64,000 bases of DNA from an uncultured Candidatus Saccharibacteria bacterium (lineage in GTDB: Bacteria; Patescibacteriota; Minisyncoccia; Phycocordibacterales; UBA6065), in contig CAZBVG010000003.1 of the NCBI GenBank assembly GCA_964495425.1, positions 518 to 64,517 on the forward strand. The letters are read 5' to 3'. Below are positions 38,241-48,196 of this stretch, piece after piece. How positions within the stretch are numbered: position 1 is the stretch's first letter; each line of letters begins with the position of its first letter. Under the pieces are notes generated by a model. The model saw only the letters and a program-made list of their open reading frames with translations, made no database searches and was not told the origin of the DNA. The position numbers and the translations under genes are program-made.

Positions 38241-39514
38241 ATGATGGTGTGTTCGGTCTTCATTTTTCTCATAAGTATTCCCAAGATTGCGTAGTCAACT
38301 ATCTCTGTAATAATAAGTGCCCATACCGCACCCTTGATACCAAATGGTGGAATAAGGCTAAACGCTGCAACTATACGAATCAAGTTTGGAAGCAAGGTCA
38401 TTATGTAGCTCTCTTTTACGAGATGTTGGGCGGATATTGCAACACCCAACATTTTACGTGGAGAAGAAAGTAGCGAGATTGCCGCGAGTTGAGAAAGTCC
38501 TACAGCCTCAATATATTGAGGAAAAAGGAATTTAAAAATAAGTGGTGCGAAAAGTACGTAACCTAATGCGAGTGGTATGGCTAATACATACAGCTGTTTA
38601 ATTCTAAAAAATAAATTCGACTGAACTTCTGAAAAAGATTTTTGGGCGAACTTAGGAAGCGCAAGAAGACTTTGGTTTTCAATAAGAGACCTTAGTTCTC
38701 GAACTGGCGTTGTTGCGTATGTAAATACCGCCACTGGCGCTGCACCCAGGAACTTCCACAAAAGGATACTGTCTATTTTTTCAGATAAATATCCAAAAAT
38801 ACTGAGAAGTCCAGAATGAAAAGCAAATCGAGAATCAAAGTGTTCTTTTGGTTCTGCGGGTGTTGAGAAATCATGAAGTTTTCGAATCTTGGTATAAAGA
38901 ATTGAGCCGAGGATAGTATTGGTAAGAATATTTGCAACTAAAATAAAAAGCGCGGAGCGTGTATGCCAACCTACAAGTACAATAATGATTGTTACAATCG
39001 GAGTTCTAATAAGGTTGAATCTTGCGAGCCAGCCGAAATCACCTCTATTAGATAAGAATGATTTTGCGATTCCGTTTGATACTGAGATAGGGAGCACAAT
39101 CGCTCCAAGTAAGAAGGGAATAAATAGCTCAATATTACCTTTTGCAAAATAATAGATAGAAAGGCCGAGAAGACCAGTCGCGCCAACAAGTGACCAGGGA
39201 AGTACTTTTCTTAGACCCTGCATCACAACATGATTTTCTTTGCGTGCAACACCTTTTATTATTCCAGAACCAAGCCCTGTTGTTTGGGCCATGCTAAATA
39301 TTCCCAAAGCTGCTAATACAAATGAATAGGTTCCGTATGCTTCTTTCGTAAGTAGGTGGGCGAACGCAACAGAAAGTATTAAACCGTTTGCAATTCCTGA
39401 AACTCGATTGAGGTTAAGCCAAAAATTATTTTTGGTGAAATACACCATATCTGTTTTGGTGTATTTTTCGGTAGATCGTAAAAAACTAATTACTTTTTCT
39501 TTTATTGAGGCCAT
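38237..39514 (-). CDS. Wzx-like polysaccharide flippase (MOP superfamily)
   Basis: 425 aa, about 12 TM; typical Wzx architecture. Confidence 0.7.
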   Translation of the reverse strand: MASIKEKVISFLRSTEKYTKTDMVYFTKNNFWLNLNRVSGIANGLILSVAFAHLLTKEAYGTYSFVLAALGIFSMAQTTGLGSGIIKGVARKENHVVMQGLRKVLPWSLVGATGLLGLSIYYFAKGNIELFIPFLLGAIVLPISVSNGIAKSFLSNRGDFGWLARFNLIRTPIVTIIIVLVGWHTRSALFILVANILTNTILGSILYTKIRKLHDFSTPAEPKEHFDSRFAFHSGLLSIFGYLSEKIDSILLWKFLGAAPVAVFTYATTPVRELRSLIENQSLLALPKFAQKSFSEVQSNLFFRIKQLYVLAIPLALGYVLFAPLIFKFLFPQYIEAVGLSQLAAISLLSSPRKMLGVAISAQHLVKESYIMTLLPNLIRIVAAFSLIPPFGIKGAVWALIITEIVDYAILGILMRKMKTEHTII

Positions 39515-39756
39515 TTGTTTATATGATCAACTATTTTTGATTTAAGTCTCATGTAGGACTTCTCGGCCTTTTTTTCGAGCGTAGGGGAGACAACTCTCAA
39601 AATTTCTTTCCCTAGTATTCTATAGTGACCTCCGACTTTATTCGCACGCAAGAGTCCTCGTTTGAGCATACGCTTAATCGTACTCTCACTTACTTTGAGA
39701 ATTTTTTGAGTCTCGCTTGTTGTGTAGACTGCGTGCGGTTTGATTTCTGTGCCCAT
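39502..39756 (-). CDS. excisionase-family (HTH_17/MerR-like) DNA-binding protein at head of the glycan operon
   Basis: 84 aa; YTTSETQKILKVSESTIKRMLKRGLLRANKVGGHYRI. Confidence 0.65.
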   Translation of the reverse strand: MGTEIKPHAVYTTSETQKILKVSESTIKRMLKRGLLRANKVGGHYRILGKEILRVVSPTLEKKAEKSYMRLKSKIVDHINKWPQ

Positions 39757-39779
39757 GTACTTGTATATAAGGTAACAAG

Positions 39780-39799
39780 GGTGTCAAAAGGTGTCAAAG
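39780..39799. promoter_or_regulatory. direct repeat GGTGTCAAA(A/G) x2 in divergent promoter region (candidate operator)
   Basis: GGTGTCAAAAGGTGTCAAAG read directly; on the minus strand the repeat TTGACACC overlaps the -35 of the HTH gene. Confidence 0.4.
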
Positions 39800-39807
39800 C
39801 GCATATA

Positions 39808-39836
39808 TTGACTACAAGGCTATTTTATGCTATTAT
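39808..39836 (+). promoter_or_regulatory. sigma70-like promoter (TTGACT-17nt-TATTAT)
   Basis: hexamers read directly. Confidence 0.55.
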
Positions 39837-39907
39837 ACGCTCCAGAACTGGAATTTCGTCCTTTTCTCTCAATTTTGAGTCTCGCAACATAGCAAAAGGG
39901 GGTTACC

Positions 39908-40663
39908 TTGAAATCGCATGTGGTGTTAGTAACAACAACGTTTAGCCAAACCTTAGGCGACTATCGGGCGCAACTTGCCCTCAAAACCTGTCGGACTGCA
40001 AAAGAACACGGTTATCAGATAATCGTTGTCGACGGCAGTCCTTCACAGGAGTTTAAGGCGGCGCTTCGGGAAACCGGTGCAGTCGTGATTGATCAGGTAA
40101 AACCTGGTATGGGTCAGTCACGCCGTGAGTGCTTCTTTGCTGGTCTCCAGACAAGCGCACAGGTTATTGTCTGGCTTGAACCTGAGAAGTGGACGCTTGT
40201 TCCGCTTCTCGAGACCTCTGTGCATCTCGTTTATCAGGGTAACGTCGACATGGTTGTCCCGCGTCGGCGTAACTTGGACAATTATCCGCGTTACCAGCAA
40301 TGGTCGGAGTATGCGGGAAATTGGCAGATCGGTAACATCCTTGGTCGTCACGACCTGGATCTCTACATCGGCCCTCGTGTAATGACACGAGCTGAAACTG
40401 AGCGGATGATGTCTTACACCGGTCAGTGTGGCGAAAACGTCTACGGAGACAACTGGGAGATTCTTTTTATCCCGGTCTTGCACTCGCTTCACGAGGGTAA
40501 GAAAATTCTCTCGGTTCTCGTGGATTATGTCCACCCCGATGAGCAGAAGATCGAGGACACTCCTGAAATGATGTCGAAGCGTGACAAACAACGCGAAGAT
40601 CTTGTTTCAACTATGGACAGGGAAGCGCGGCGGATTGATTTTCCACGATACGCGTGGTCTTAA
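39908..40663 (+). CDS. GC-rich hypothetical protein (possible GT-A-like fold), TTG start
   Basis: 251 aa; strong Shine-Dalgarno AAAGGGGGT 8 nt before TTG; IIVVDGSP segment; GC content clearly above flanks. Confidence 0.45.
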   Translation: MKSHVVLVTTTFSQTLGDYRAQLALKTCRTAKEHGYQIIVVDGSPSQEFKAALRETGAVVIDQVKPGMGQSRRECFFAGLQTSAQVIVWLEPEKWTLVPLLETSVHLVYQGNVDMVVPRRRNLDNYPRYQQWSEYAGNWQIGNILGRHDLDLYIGPRVMTRAETERMMSYTGQCGENVYGDNWEILFIPVLHSLHEGKKILSVLVDYVHPDEQKIEDTPEMMSKRDKQREDLVSTMDREARRIDFPRYAWS

Positions 40664-40674
40664 GTAATCAGCAG

Positions 40675-40704
40675 GCGGCACTCATAAATGGGTGCCGCTT
40701 TTTT
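40675..40704 (+). terminator. intrinsic terminator
   Basis: GCGGCAC-loop-GTGCCGC then TTTTTT. Confidence 0.7.
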
Positions 40705-40749
40705 CTGCATAGGATACGTATTATAGTGTTGTGATATATTTACATTCAT

Positions 40750-43092
40750 ATGACATTAAACAAAATTTTACGCGGGACCGTCATAGCTTCTGTGTTTTCA
40801 GTGCTTCTGGTTCCTTTTATTGTTAGTACGAATTTGTTTTTCCCATTCATAACGGGCAAAGCGTTCTTCTTTAGAACAATGGTTGAGATTGGTTTTGCCG
40901 CGTGGCTCCTTTTGAGTATGAAGGATGTTGCCTATAGACCACGAAAATCTGTTCTTATGTGGTCCTTTGTAGCGTTTCTTGTCGTGATCGGTGTCGCTAA
41001 TATTTTTGGTCAAAGCCCGTGGAAGAGCTTCTGGTCGAATTTCGAGCGAATGGAGGGCTATATCACTATTCTTCACTTGTTCCTCTATTTCCTTATTTCG
41101 AGCAGTGTTCTTGCAACAGAGAATCTTTGGAAAAAGTTTATGAGCCTCTCAGTGGTCTCAAGTTTCCTTATGTGCGTGTATGCCTTTTTCCAACTTGCCG
41201 GAGCGCTCGTTATTAACCAGGGAGGTGTGCGAGTAGATGGAAAATTGGGTAACGCAACGTATCTCGCTATCTTTCTTGTCTTCAATATATTTTTTGCGAT
41301 CATATTGGCGTATAAATATCATCGCGAAAAAATTACTCGAACTGCAGCGATCTGGATGTATTCAGGTGTTGCGGTGGTGATGCTCTATGTGTGGTATTTC
41401 ATTGACTTCAACAATCTATTTACACGCGGCGTTCCTCATTTGGGTAAGAGTGTTGCATGGATTTATGTTGTTCTTGCTCTTGTCGCTGGTTTTACCTGGC
41501 TTTCACGAAAATTTACTGTAGCCGCTCTATATCTTTTTACAGTTCCTGTCTTTGCATTCGTTCTCTACTTCACAGCGACTCGAGGTGCCATTCTTGGTTT
41601 GATTGGAGGACTTCTTCTATCGGCGAGTCTTGTTGCTCTGCTTAATAAGAAAGATAAGAGGGTGCGTATTATTTCCGGATCAATACTCGGCGCAATTATT
41701 CTTGTTGTACTAGTCTTTATTGGGATTAAAGATACAGATTTTGTTCAGAAGAGTCCGGTTCTTACGCGATTCGCATCAATTTCTTGGAGTGAGACCAAAA
41801 CACAGGCACGATCATATATTTGGCCAATGGCTGTCACTGGTTGGAAAGAACATCCGATTTTGGGATGGGGTCAAGAGAACTTCAATTATGTCTTTAATAA
41901 GAACTATGATCCTCGAATGTACTCACAGGAGCAGTGGTTTGATCATGCGCACAACACAGTGCTTGATTGGCTTGTTGCGGGTGGAATTCTTGGGCTTCTT
42001 GCGTATCTTTCTTTGTTTGGCACAGCGATATATCTTCTTTGGAAAAAGACAGTAGGTCTTTCGCTTGTAGAAAAAGCGCTTATTACTGGTCTTGGTGCGG
42101 CGTACTTCTTCCACAATCTCTTCGTGTTCGATAACCTCGTAAGTTATATCTTGTTTGTGACTGTACTTGCGTATATTCATTATGAATCAACGAAGCTGAT
42201 TAAACCTGTTGCGCTCGAGGCAGATGAGCTTGATGATTCTGACACGCGGGTTGCTGCTCCGATTATCCTTGTAGCCCTCGTATTTTCTTTGTACTTTTTC
42301 GTGTGGCGAGGTTACGCGACGGGAACAACGCTTATTGATGCGCTTCGTGCGGTTAATTCAAATCCAGTGGCGGCAGAGGTGGCATATACTGCATTTGCTA
42401 AAGCGGTTTCATACGACACGTTAGGTCGTGCTGAAGTTGCGGAACGATTGGTCGAGTCAATTAAACCGATGAATGGTAACGGTATTTCACTTGAAACTCG
42501 CCAGAAATATTACGAGCTCACAAAATCTGCTGTTGATCGACAGCTTGAGCGATATGCAGACGATGCTCGTTATTATGTATTTGCAGGAGGTTTTTATGGC
42601 TCCTATAGTCAGTCTGAAATTGCTATTGAAAAGTTACAGAAAGCCGTGGAACTTTCACCAAAGAAGCAAACGATTCTCACTCAACTTGGTTCTGCATATG
42701 TTACTTCTAAACAATATGACAAGGCGCTTGAAATCTTCAAGAAAGCATATGAGCTTGAGCCATCATATGAGGTAGCAAAACGAATGTATGGTGCAGCTCT
42801 TATTTATGTGGGCCGTGAAGCAGAGGCGCGTGAACTTTTGGGTAGTGCTGCCGAGGATGCGTTTCTTTCTGCTTATGCTGACATGGGCAAGTGGACAAGT
42901 GTGATTCCGATGCTTAAGGAGCGCATTACAAAGGATCCGGGTAACTTCCAGAATCGAATGAATCTCGCTGCTGCGTACTTCCAGGCAGGTGACAAGACAT
43001 CTGCGGTAGCAACGCTTCGAGAAATGATTAATCTTGATCCATCGTTTAAGGAAACAGGCGAACAGTACATAAAGGAAATTCAAGGGCAGTAA
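40750..43092 (+). CDS. Wzy_C/O-antigen-ligase-family membrane protein with C-terminal TPR repeats (possible PglL-like O-oligosaccharyltransferase)
   Basis: 780 aa; about 12 TM; HNTVLDWLVAGGILGLLAYLSLF Wzy_C-like loop; C-terminal 250 aa TPR-like. Confidence 0.7.
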   Translation: MTLNKILRGTVIASVFSVLLVPFIVSTNLFFPFITGKAFFFRTMVEIGFAAWLLLSMKDVAYRPRKSVLMWSFVAFLVVIGVANIFGQSPWKSFWSNFERMEGYITILHLFLYFLISSSVLATENLWKKFMSLSVVSSFLMCVYAFFQLAGALVINQGGVRVDGKLGNATYLAIFLVFNIFFAIILAYKYHREKITRTAAIWMYSGVAVVMLYVWYFIDFNNLFTRGVPHLGKSVAWIYVVLALVAGFTWLSRKFTVAALYLFTVPVFAFVLYFTATRGAILGLIGGLLLSASLVALLNKKDKRVRIISGSILGAIILVVLVFIGIKDTDFVQKSPVLTRFASISWSETKTQARSYIWPMAVTGWKEHPILGWGQENFNYVFNKNYDPRMYSQEQWFDHAHNTVLDWLVAGGILGLLAYLSLFGTAIYLLWKKTVGLSLVEKALITGLGAAYFFHNLFVFDNLVSYILFVTVLAYIHYESTKLIKPVALEADELDDSDTRVAAPIILVALVFSLYFFVWRGYATGTTLIDALRAVNSNPVAAEVAYTAFAKAVSYDTLGRAEVAERLVESIKPMNGNGISLETRQKYYELTKSAVDRQLERYADDARYYVFAGGFYGSYSQSEIAIEKLQKAVELSPKKQTILTQLGSAYVTSKQYDKALEIFKKAYELEPSYEVAKRMYGAALIYVGREAEARELLGSAAEDAFLSAYADMGKWTSVIPMLKERITKDPGNFQNRMNLAAAYFQAGDKTSAVATLREMINLDPSFKETGEQYIKEIQGQ

Positions 43093-43097
43093 AATCT

Positions 43098-44117
43098 ATG
43101 AAATTTGAGAAAGATGTTCTGATCGCGCCACACACTACATTCAAAATTGGCGGGAGGGCAAGGTTTTTTTGCATGGTTAATTCTACAGAAGAGTTACTCG
43201 AGGCTTTGCAATTTGCTCGGATAGAAGAAGTACCTTTTTTTGTTCTAGGTGGGGGATCCAATGTTCTTTTTTCAGATGGCGATTTTCCTGGTCTAGTAAT
43301 TCATATGAACATGAAAGGTGTTCAGGTGGAGGAAAGGAAGGAGCAGAGTCGAGTAACTGTGGCTGCAGGAGAGCACTGGGATTCTTTTGTTGAGCAAACG
43401 GTTCGATTGAATCTATGGGGTCTTGAAAATCTTTCTTTGATTCCTGGTTCGGTGGGCGCTTCTCCGGTACAGAATATTGGTGCATATGGAGTTGAGGTAA
43501 TGAATTGTGTTGATTCGGTGCACACAATTGATGCAGAGACAGGAAAAGAAAAGATTTTTTCGAATAAAGAATGTCGATTTGCGTATCGTGATAGCATATT
43601 TAAAAAATTAGGTTTTAAACGATACATTATTACCGCTGTTACCTTTGTGCTCTCGACAAAACCTTCTCCAAATCTTACCTATAAGGATTTGCATCAATAT
43701 TTTCTTGATAGAAATATCACTACGCCAACCCAAAGAGAAATTCGCGACGCGGTTATTGAGATTCGCACGAGTAAATTCCCGAATCTTGCAACAGTCGGCA
43801 CCGCAGGATCGTTTTGGAAAAATCCAATTATCGATCCAAGTGATTATGAGCGTCTGGCGAGTGCATACCCAGGGTTACCGTCATACCCGGCAGGCGAAAA
43901 GATAAAAGTATCATTAGCATGGATTCTCGATCGTGTATGTAATTTGAAGGGATATTCACAGGGAAAGGTTAGATTGTTTGAAAGACAGCCGCTTGTTGTT
44001 GTTTCTGAGCAGGGGGCTTTATCGAGCGAAGTTAGGCATCTTTCGGAGGCTGTTTCTGGCATTGTTGAGGGTAAAACAGGCATACGTGTAGAGCCAGAAG
44101 TCGAGTGGGTAGGATAA
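43098..44117 (+). CDS. murB: UDP-N-acetylenolpyruvoylglucosamine reductase
   Basis: 339 aa; FAD-binding N-terminus HTTFKIGG...FFVLGGGSNVLF. Confidence 0.85.
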   Translation: MKFEKDVLIAPHTTFKIGGRARFFCMVNSTEELLEALQFARIEEVPFFVLGGGSNVLFSDGDFPGLVIHMNMKGVQVEERKEQSRVTVAAGEHWDSFVEQTVRLNLWGLENLSLIPGSVGASPVQNIGAYGVEVMNCVDSVHTIDAETGKEKIFSNKECRFAYRDSIFKKLGFKRYIITAVTFVLSTKPSPNLTYKDLHQYFLDRNITTPTQREIRDAVIEIRTSKFPNLATVGTAGSFWKNPIIDPSDYERLASAYPGLPSYPAGEKIKVSLAWILDRVCNLKGYSQGKVRLFERQPLVVVSEQGALSSEVRHLSEAVSGIVEGKTGIRVEPEVEWVG

Positions 44118-44142
44118 GTTTTTTATGCTAGAATGGCCGTCT

Positions 44143-46638
44143 ATGGCCAATTTTCTGTCCAAACTATTTGGAGACCAAAATACCCGTGATTTAAAGCCAT
44201 TTGAGGCACTTGTCCCAAAGATTAATGCTCTTGAAGCTTCCATAAGTTCACTTTCTGATGTGCAACTTAAAGCCAAGACCGCTGAGTTTAAAGATCGCCT
44301 CTCAAAAGGTGAATCGCTCGACGATCTCCTTCCTGAGGCTTTTGCTGTAGTTCGTGAAGCGTCAAAACGAACCCTTGGACAACGACATTTTGATGTGCAG
44401 CTGATAGGCGGTGCTATTCTGCATTCTCGAGGTATTTCAGAGATGCGTACCGGTGAAGGAAAGACACTGGTCGCTACATTGCCGGCGTATCTCAATGCGC
44501 TCACGGGCAAGGGTGTCCATGTTGTGACCGTAAACGATTACCTTTCACGCCGTGACGCGGCATGGATGGGACAGATTTATGATTTTCTTGGGATTACAAC
44601 GGCGATTATCAATCACGAGGCATCATACAAGTATGATCCAGCTCACAAAGAAGCTGATCAACAGCGAGACGAGGAAGGATCATTTAAGGTTGCGTATGAC
44701 TTTTTGAAACCATGTACTCGAAAGGAGGCGTATATGGCAGATATTACATACGGAACCAACCAGGAATTTGGTTTTGATTATCTCCGGGATAATCTTGAAT
44801 ACAACCCTACAAATCTTCGTCAGCGTGAATGGAATTTTGCAATAGTTGATGAGGTTGATTCGATTTTGATCGATGAAGCTCGAACTCCGCTTATTATTTC
44901 ATCAGCAACATCCGATTCTGAGGATTTATATAAGATGTTTTCAAAAATTGCGGCAAATCTCTCTGTTGGTGCAGATTTTGAAATTGATGAAAAAAGAAAA
45001 GCGATTACCCTCACTGATGCCGGAATTACTAAAGCGGAAAAACTGTTAGGTATTGATAATATTTATACTGATCGTGGAGTAAAGTACGTGCATCACCTTG
45101 AAACCGCCGTTCGCGCAAAAGCGCTTTTCCATAAAGACAAGGAATACGTTGTAAAAAATAATGAGATCGTCATTGTTGATGAATTTACGGGACGACTTCA
45201 ACCTGGACGACGTTGGTCAGAAGGACTTCATCAAGCCATTGAAGCAAAGGAAGGCGTTGCAATTCAAAAGGAAACTCGCACATTTGCGTCGATTACCTAT
45301 CAAAATTATTTCAGACTCTACAAAAAGCTTTCTGGAATGACAGGTACAGCTCTCACTTCTCGAGAAGAGTTCTTTAAGGTGTACGGTCTCAATACTATTG
45401 CGATTCCAACAAATAAACCGATTGCCAGAATCGATAGAAATGATCAGATTTTCCAAACCGAAATCGGAAAATTTAAAGCAATTGCTCGTAAGGTAAAAGA
45501 AGTGAATAAAAAAGGGCAGCCGGTGCTCATTGGTACGGTTTCAATTGAGAAGAACGAACTTCTTTCGGAATATTTAAAACGTGAAGGTGTTGCGCATGAA
45601 GTGCTTAATGCAAAGAATCATGAACGAGAAGGTGAGATCATTGCTCAGGCTGGACGATTTGGTGCTGTTACGATCGCAACAAACATGGCCGGTCGAGGAG
45701 TGGATATCAAACTCGGTGGTATTCCAGCTTCTTCAGAACAAGCAGAAAAAGTAAAATCTGTGGGTGGACTTTTTGTGCTCGGCACGGAACGACATGAAGC
45801 TCGACGAATCGATAACCAGCTTCGAGGACGATCTGGACGACAGGGTGACCCCGGAGAGACGCAGTTTTTTGTATCACTTGAGGATAGCCTCATGCGCGTC
45901 TTTGCTACCGATATGGTTAAGAAGATGATGGGTCGCTTTGGAATTCCTGAAGATGAGCCGATTGAAAACGGAATGATCACGCGATCACTTGAAACAGCGC
46001 AGACGCGAATTGAAGGCTTCAACTTTGATGCACGAAAGCATGTGCTCGAGTATGACGATGTGATGAATCTCCACAGAAAGGCGGTCTATGAACGACGCAG
46101 AAAGATGCTCTTGGGTTCAAATGATGAAGTGGTTAAAGACTTGATGTCTATTGTTGATACCAACGATTCAAATATCATGTCAGCGATCGAAGCAAAGAAG
46201 AACATGTTCGGCGATGAAGGTTTTGCACAAGCGCTCCGTCATCTCTACCTCCAAACAATCGATATGTTCTGGGTTGAGCATCTCGAGGCAATGGATTATT
46301 TACGCTCATCGGTAAATCTCCGAGCGTATGGTCAGAGAGATCCGTTTATAGAATACAAACGTGAAGGTCTTGCTCTCTTTAAATCAATGCAAATGTCGAT
46401 AAATGCCCAAATAATTACCCTTCTTCCGAATCTTGGAGGGACGTCTATCGAACTTAAACCTCTCAATACGATAGAATCTGATGCAAAGGGGATTTTAGGA
46501 TCAGATAGTGCGGCAGTAGGGGGTGAAAGAAAGGGTAGAAATGAAAAAGTGATTGTGACTAAGAATAATGAAGAAAAAGAGGTAAAATGGAAGAAGCTCG
46601 ATTCATACCTTAAAGATGGTTGGGTTGTGAAAGAATAG
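44143..46638 (+). CDS. secA: preprotein translocase ATPase SecA
   Basis: start MANFLSKLFG aligns to E. coli MLIKLLTKVFG; DEAD-like motor motifs; ORF-track start 44125 trimmed. Confidence 0.95.
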   Translation: MANFLSKLFGDQNTRDLKPFEALVPKINALEASISSLSDVQLKAKTAEFKDRLSKGESLDDLLPEAFAVVREASKRTLGQRHFDVQLIGGAILHSRGISEMRTGEGKTLVATLPAYLNALTGKGVHVVTVNDYLSRRDAAWMGQIYDFLGITTAIINHEASYKYDPAHKEADQQRDEEGSFKVAYDFLKPCTRKEAYMADITYGTNQEFGFDYLRDNLEYNPTNLRQREWNFAIVDEVDSILIDEARTPLIISSATSDSEDLYKMFSKIAANLSVGADFEIDEKRKAITLTDAGITKAEKLLGIDNIYTDRGVKYVHHLETAVRAKALFHKDKEYVVKNNEIVIVDEFTGRLQPGRRWSEGLHQAIEAKEGVAIQKETRTFASITYQNYFRLYKKLSGMTGTALTSREEFFKVYGLNTIAIPTNKPIARIDRNDQIFQTEIGKFKAIARKVKEVNKKGQPVLIGTVSIEKNELLSEYLKREGVAHEVLNAKNHEREGEIIAQAGRFGAVTIATNMAGRGVDIKLGGIPASSEQAEKVKSVGGLFVLGTERHEARRIDNQLRGRSGRQGDPGETQFFVSLEDSLMRVFATDMVKKMMGRFGIPEDEPIENGMITRSLETAQTRIEGFNFDARKHVLEYDDVMNLHRKAVYERRRKMLLGSNDEVVKDLMSIVDTNDSNIMSAIEAKKNMFGDEGFAQALRHLYLQTIDMFWVEHLEAMDYLRSSVNLRAYGQRDPFIEYKREGLALFKSMQMSINAQIITLLPNLGGTSIELKPLNTIESDAKGILGSDSAAVGGERKGRNEKVIVTKNNEEKEVKWKKLDSYLKDGWVVKE

Positions 46639-46645
46639 CGCACAC

Positions 46646-47206
46646 ATGCTCGAAGTAATCCTTGCACAATACGGTCTTATTGCGGTTTTTCTGGGAACTT
46701 TCCTGGAAGGTGAGATTGTTGTCATTGCAGGTGGACTTCTCGCAAGACTCGGTTTTCTCGAATTAAGTTTGGTTTTGCCAACTGTTTTTCTTGCTACATT
46801 TCTGGGCGACCTCTTCTTTTTCTATGTTGGTAGAAATCACGCTACCAACTTTTTGGAAAAAAGACCCCACATAAAGAATCGATCTGAGCGTATTCGGGGC
46901 CTTATTCATGAGCATCATAACAAGATTCTGTTTGGATATAGATTTTTGTATGGTCTTCGCATACCAACGCTTCTAGCCTTGGGTACAAGCGAGTTGTCGA
47001 CGAAAAAATTCGTCTTCATCAATCTCCTTAATTCCGTTATATGGACTATTCTCTTTTGTTTCGGTGGATACTTCTTCGGTGATGTCTTTACGCTGTTTGT
47101 GGATAACGTAAAGGCATACGAAAAGGAAGTATTTATAGGTATAGCTTTAGTTGCAATAGTGGTGTGGCTTGTTTCAATAGTAAAAAATAGAGAAGAATAT
47201 AATTAA
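46646..47206 (+). CDS. DedA-family membrane protein
   Basis: 186 aa; GTFLEGEIVVIAGGLLA...LGDLFFFYVGR. Confidence 0.8.
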   Translation: MLEVILAQYGLIAVFLGTFLEGEIVVIAGGLLARLGFLELSLVLPTVFLATFLGDLFFFYVGRNHATNFLEKRPHIKNRSERIRGLIHEHHNKILFGYRFLYGLRIPTLLALGTSELSTKKFVFINLLNSVIWTILFCFGGYFFGDVFTLFVDNVKAYEKEVFIGIALVAIVVWLVSIVKNREEYN

Positions 47207-47211
47207 TTTCA

Positions 47212-48189
47212 ATGGAAAATCGAAAAAGAATTCTTATTATGCATGAACTTCCCGAAGGAGCAGAAAACGTGCTCTCAAAAGCAGATATGGAGGTTCTGGT
47301 TTCCACGAAGAAGAGTTATTCTGAAAAGGAATTTATCTCTGTGGTGAATAAGAATAAGCCAGATGGCATAATTACCTTTCTAACTGACCCACTTTCAAAA
47401 AAGGTCATAGAATCTATCAAATCTGTAAAGATCATTTCTAATTATGCGGTAGGGTACAACAACATTGATCTTAATGCTGCGCAGGCACACGGAAAAGCAG
47501 TTACGAATACACCGATAGATGGATATTCTGTGGCGGAATTTACCGCTTCGCTCGTCGTTTCATTGCTTCGTCGAGTAACAGAGGCTCATATGTTTACGAT
47601 TAAAGGAAAATATAAGGGCTGGGATCCAAATATGTTTATTGGCGAGAGTCTTCGTGGAAAGACTTTGGGAATTATTGGTAGTGGCCATATTGGATCAAGT
47701 GCAGCGACTATTCTTCATCGAGGTTTCGGCATGAATGTGGTTTATGCTGATATAGCTCCAAATGAGAAAATCGAGAAAGAGCTGGGTGCCAAGCGACTAG
47801 ACACAGATGAGCTTTTTAAAGTGGCAGACGTGGTGAGTCTTCATGTAAATTTAAGTGAATCAACAAAGCATTTGGTCAATGCGACAAGGCTTTCTTCAAT
47901 GAAAAAAACCGCGGTCATTATCAATACTGCGCGTGGTCCAGTTGTGGATGAAAAAGCGCTCACACATGCACTAGCAAAGGGTTTAATTGCCGGAGCAGCG
48001 CTTGATGTATTTGAATTTGAGCCAAAGCTAACAAAAGCTCTTACCAAGATGCCTAATGTCATTCTGACGCCTCACATAGCCTCTGCAACCAGGGAAGCTC
48101 GAACCGATATGTCACTTATTGCTGCACAGAATATTGTTGATTTCTTTGCAGGAAAAAAACCGCAGGGAGCGGTTTATATTCCTAATTAG
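47212..48189 (+). CDS. D-isomer-specific 2-hydroxyacid dehydrogenase (glycerate/hydroxypyruvate/phosphoglycerate dehydrogenase family)
   Basis: 325 aa; GKTLGIIGSGHIGS NAD motif, LTPHIASATREAR. Confidence 0.8.
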   Translation: MENRKRILIMHELPEGAENVLSKADMEVLVSTKKSYSEKEFISVVNKNKPDGIITFLTDPLSKKVIESIKSVKIISNYAVGYNNIDLNAAQAHGKAVTNTPIDGYSVAEFTASLVVSLLRRVTEAHMFTIKGKYKGWDPNMFIGESLRGKTLGIIGSGHIGSSAATILHRGFGMNVVYADIAPNEKIEKELGAKRLDTDELFKVADVVSLHVNLSESTKHLVNATRLSSMKKTAVIINTARGPVVDEKALTHALAKGLIAGAALDVFEFEPKLTKALTKMPNVILTPHIASATREARTDMSLIAAQNIVDFFAGKKPQGAVYIPN

Positions 48190-48196
48190 CCACCCG

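Noticed and set aside
40118-40591. 157-aa minus-strand ORF inside the GC-rich gene 39908-40663
   Set aside because: Same reasoning. It is antisense to a gene with good start signals and has no signals of its own.
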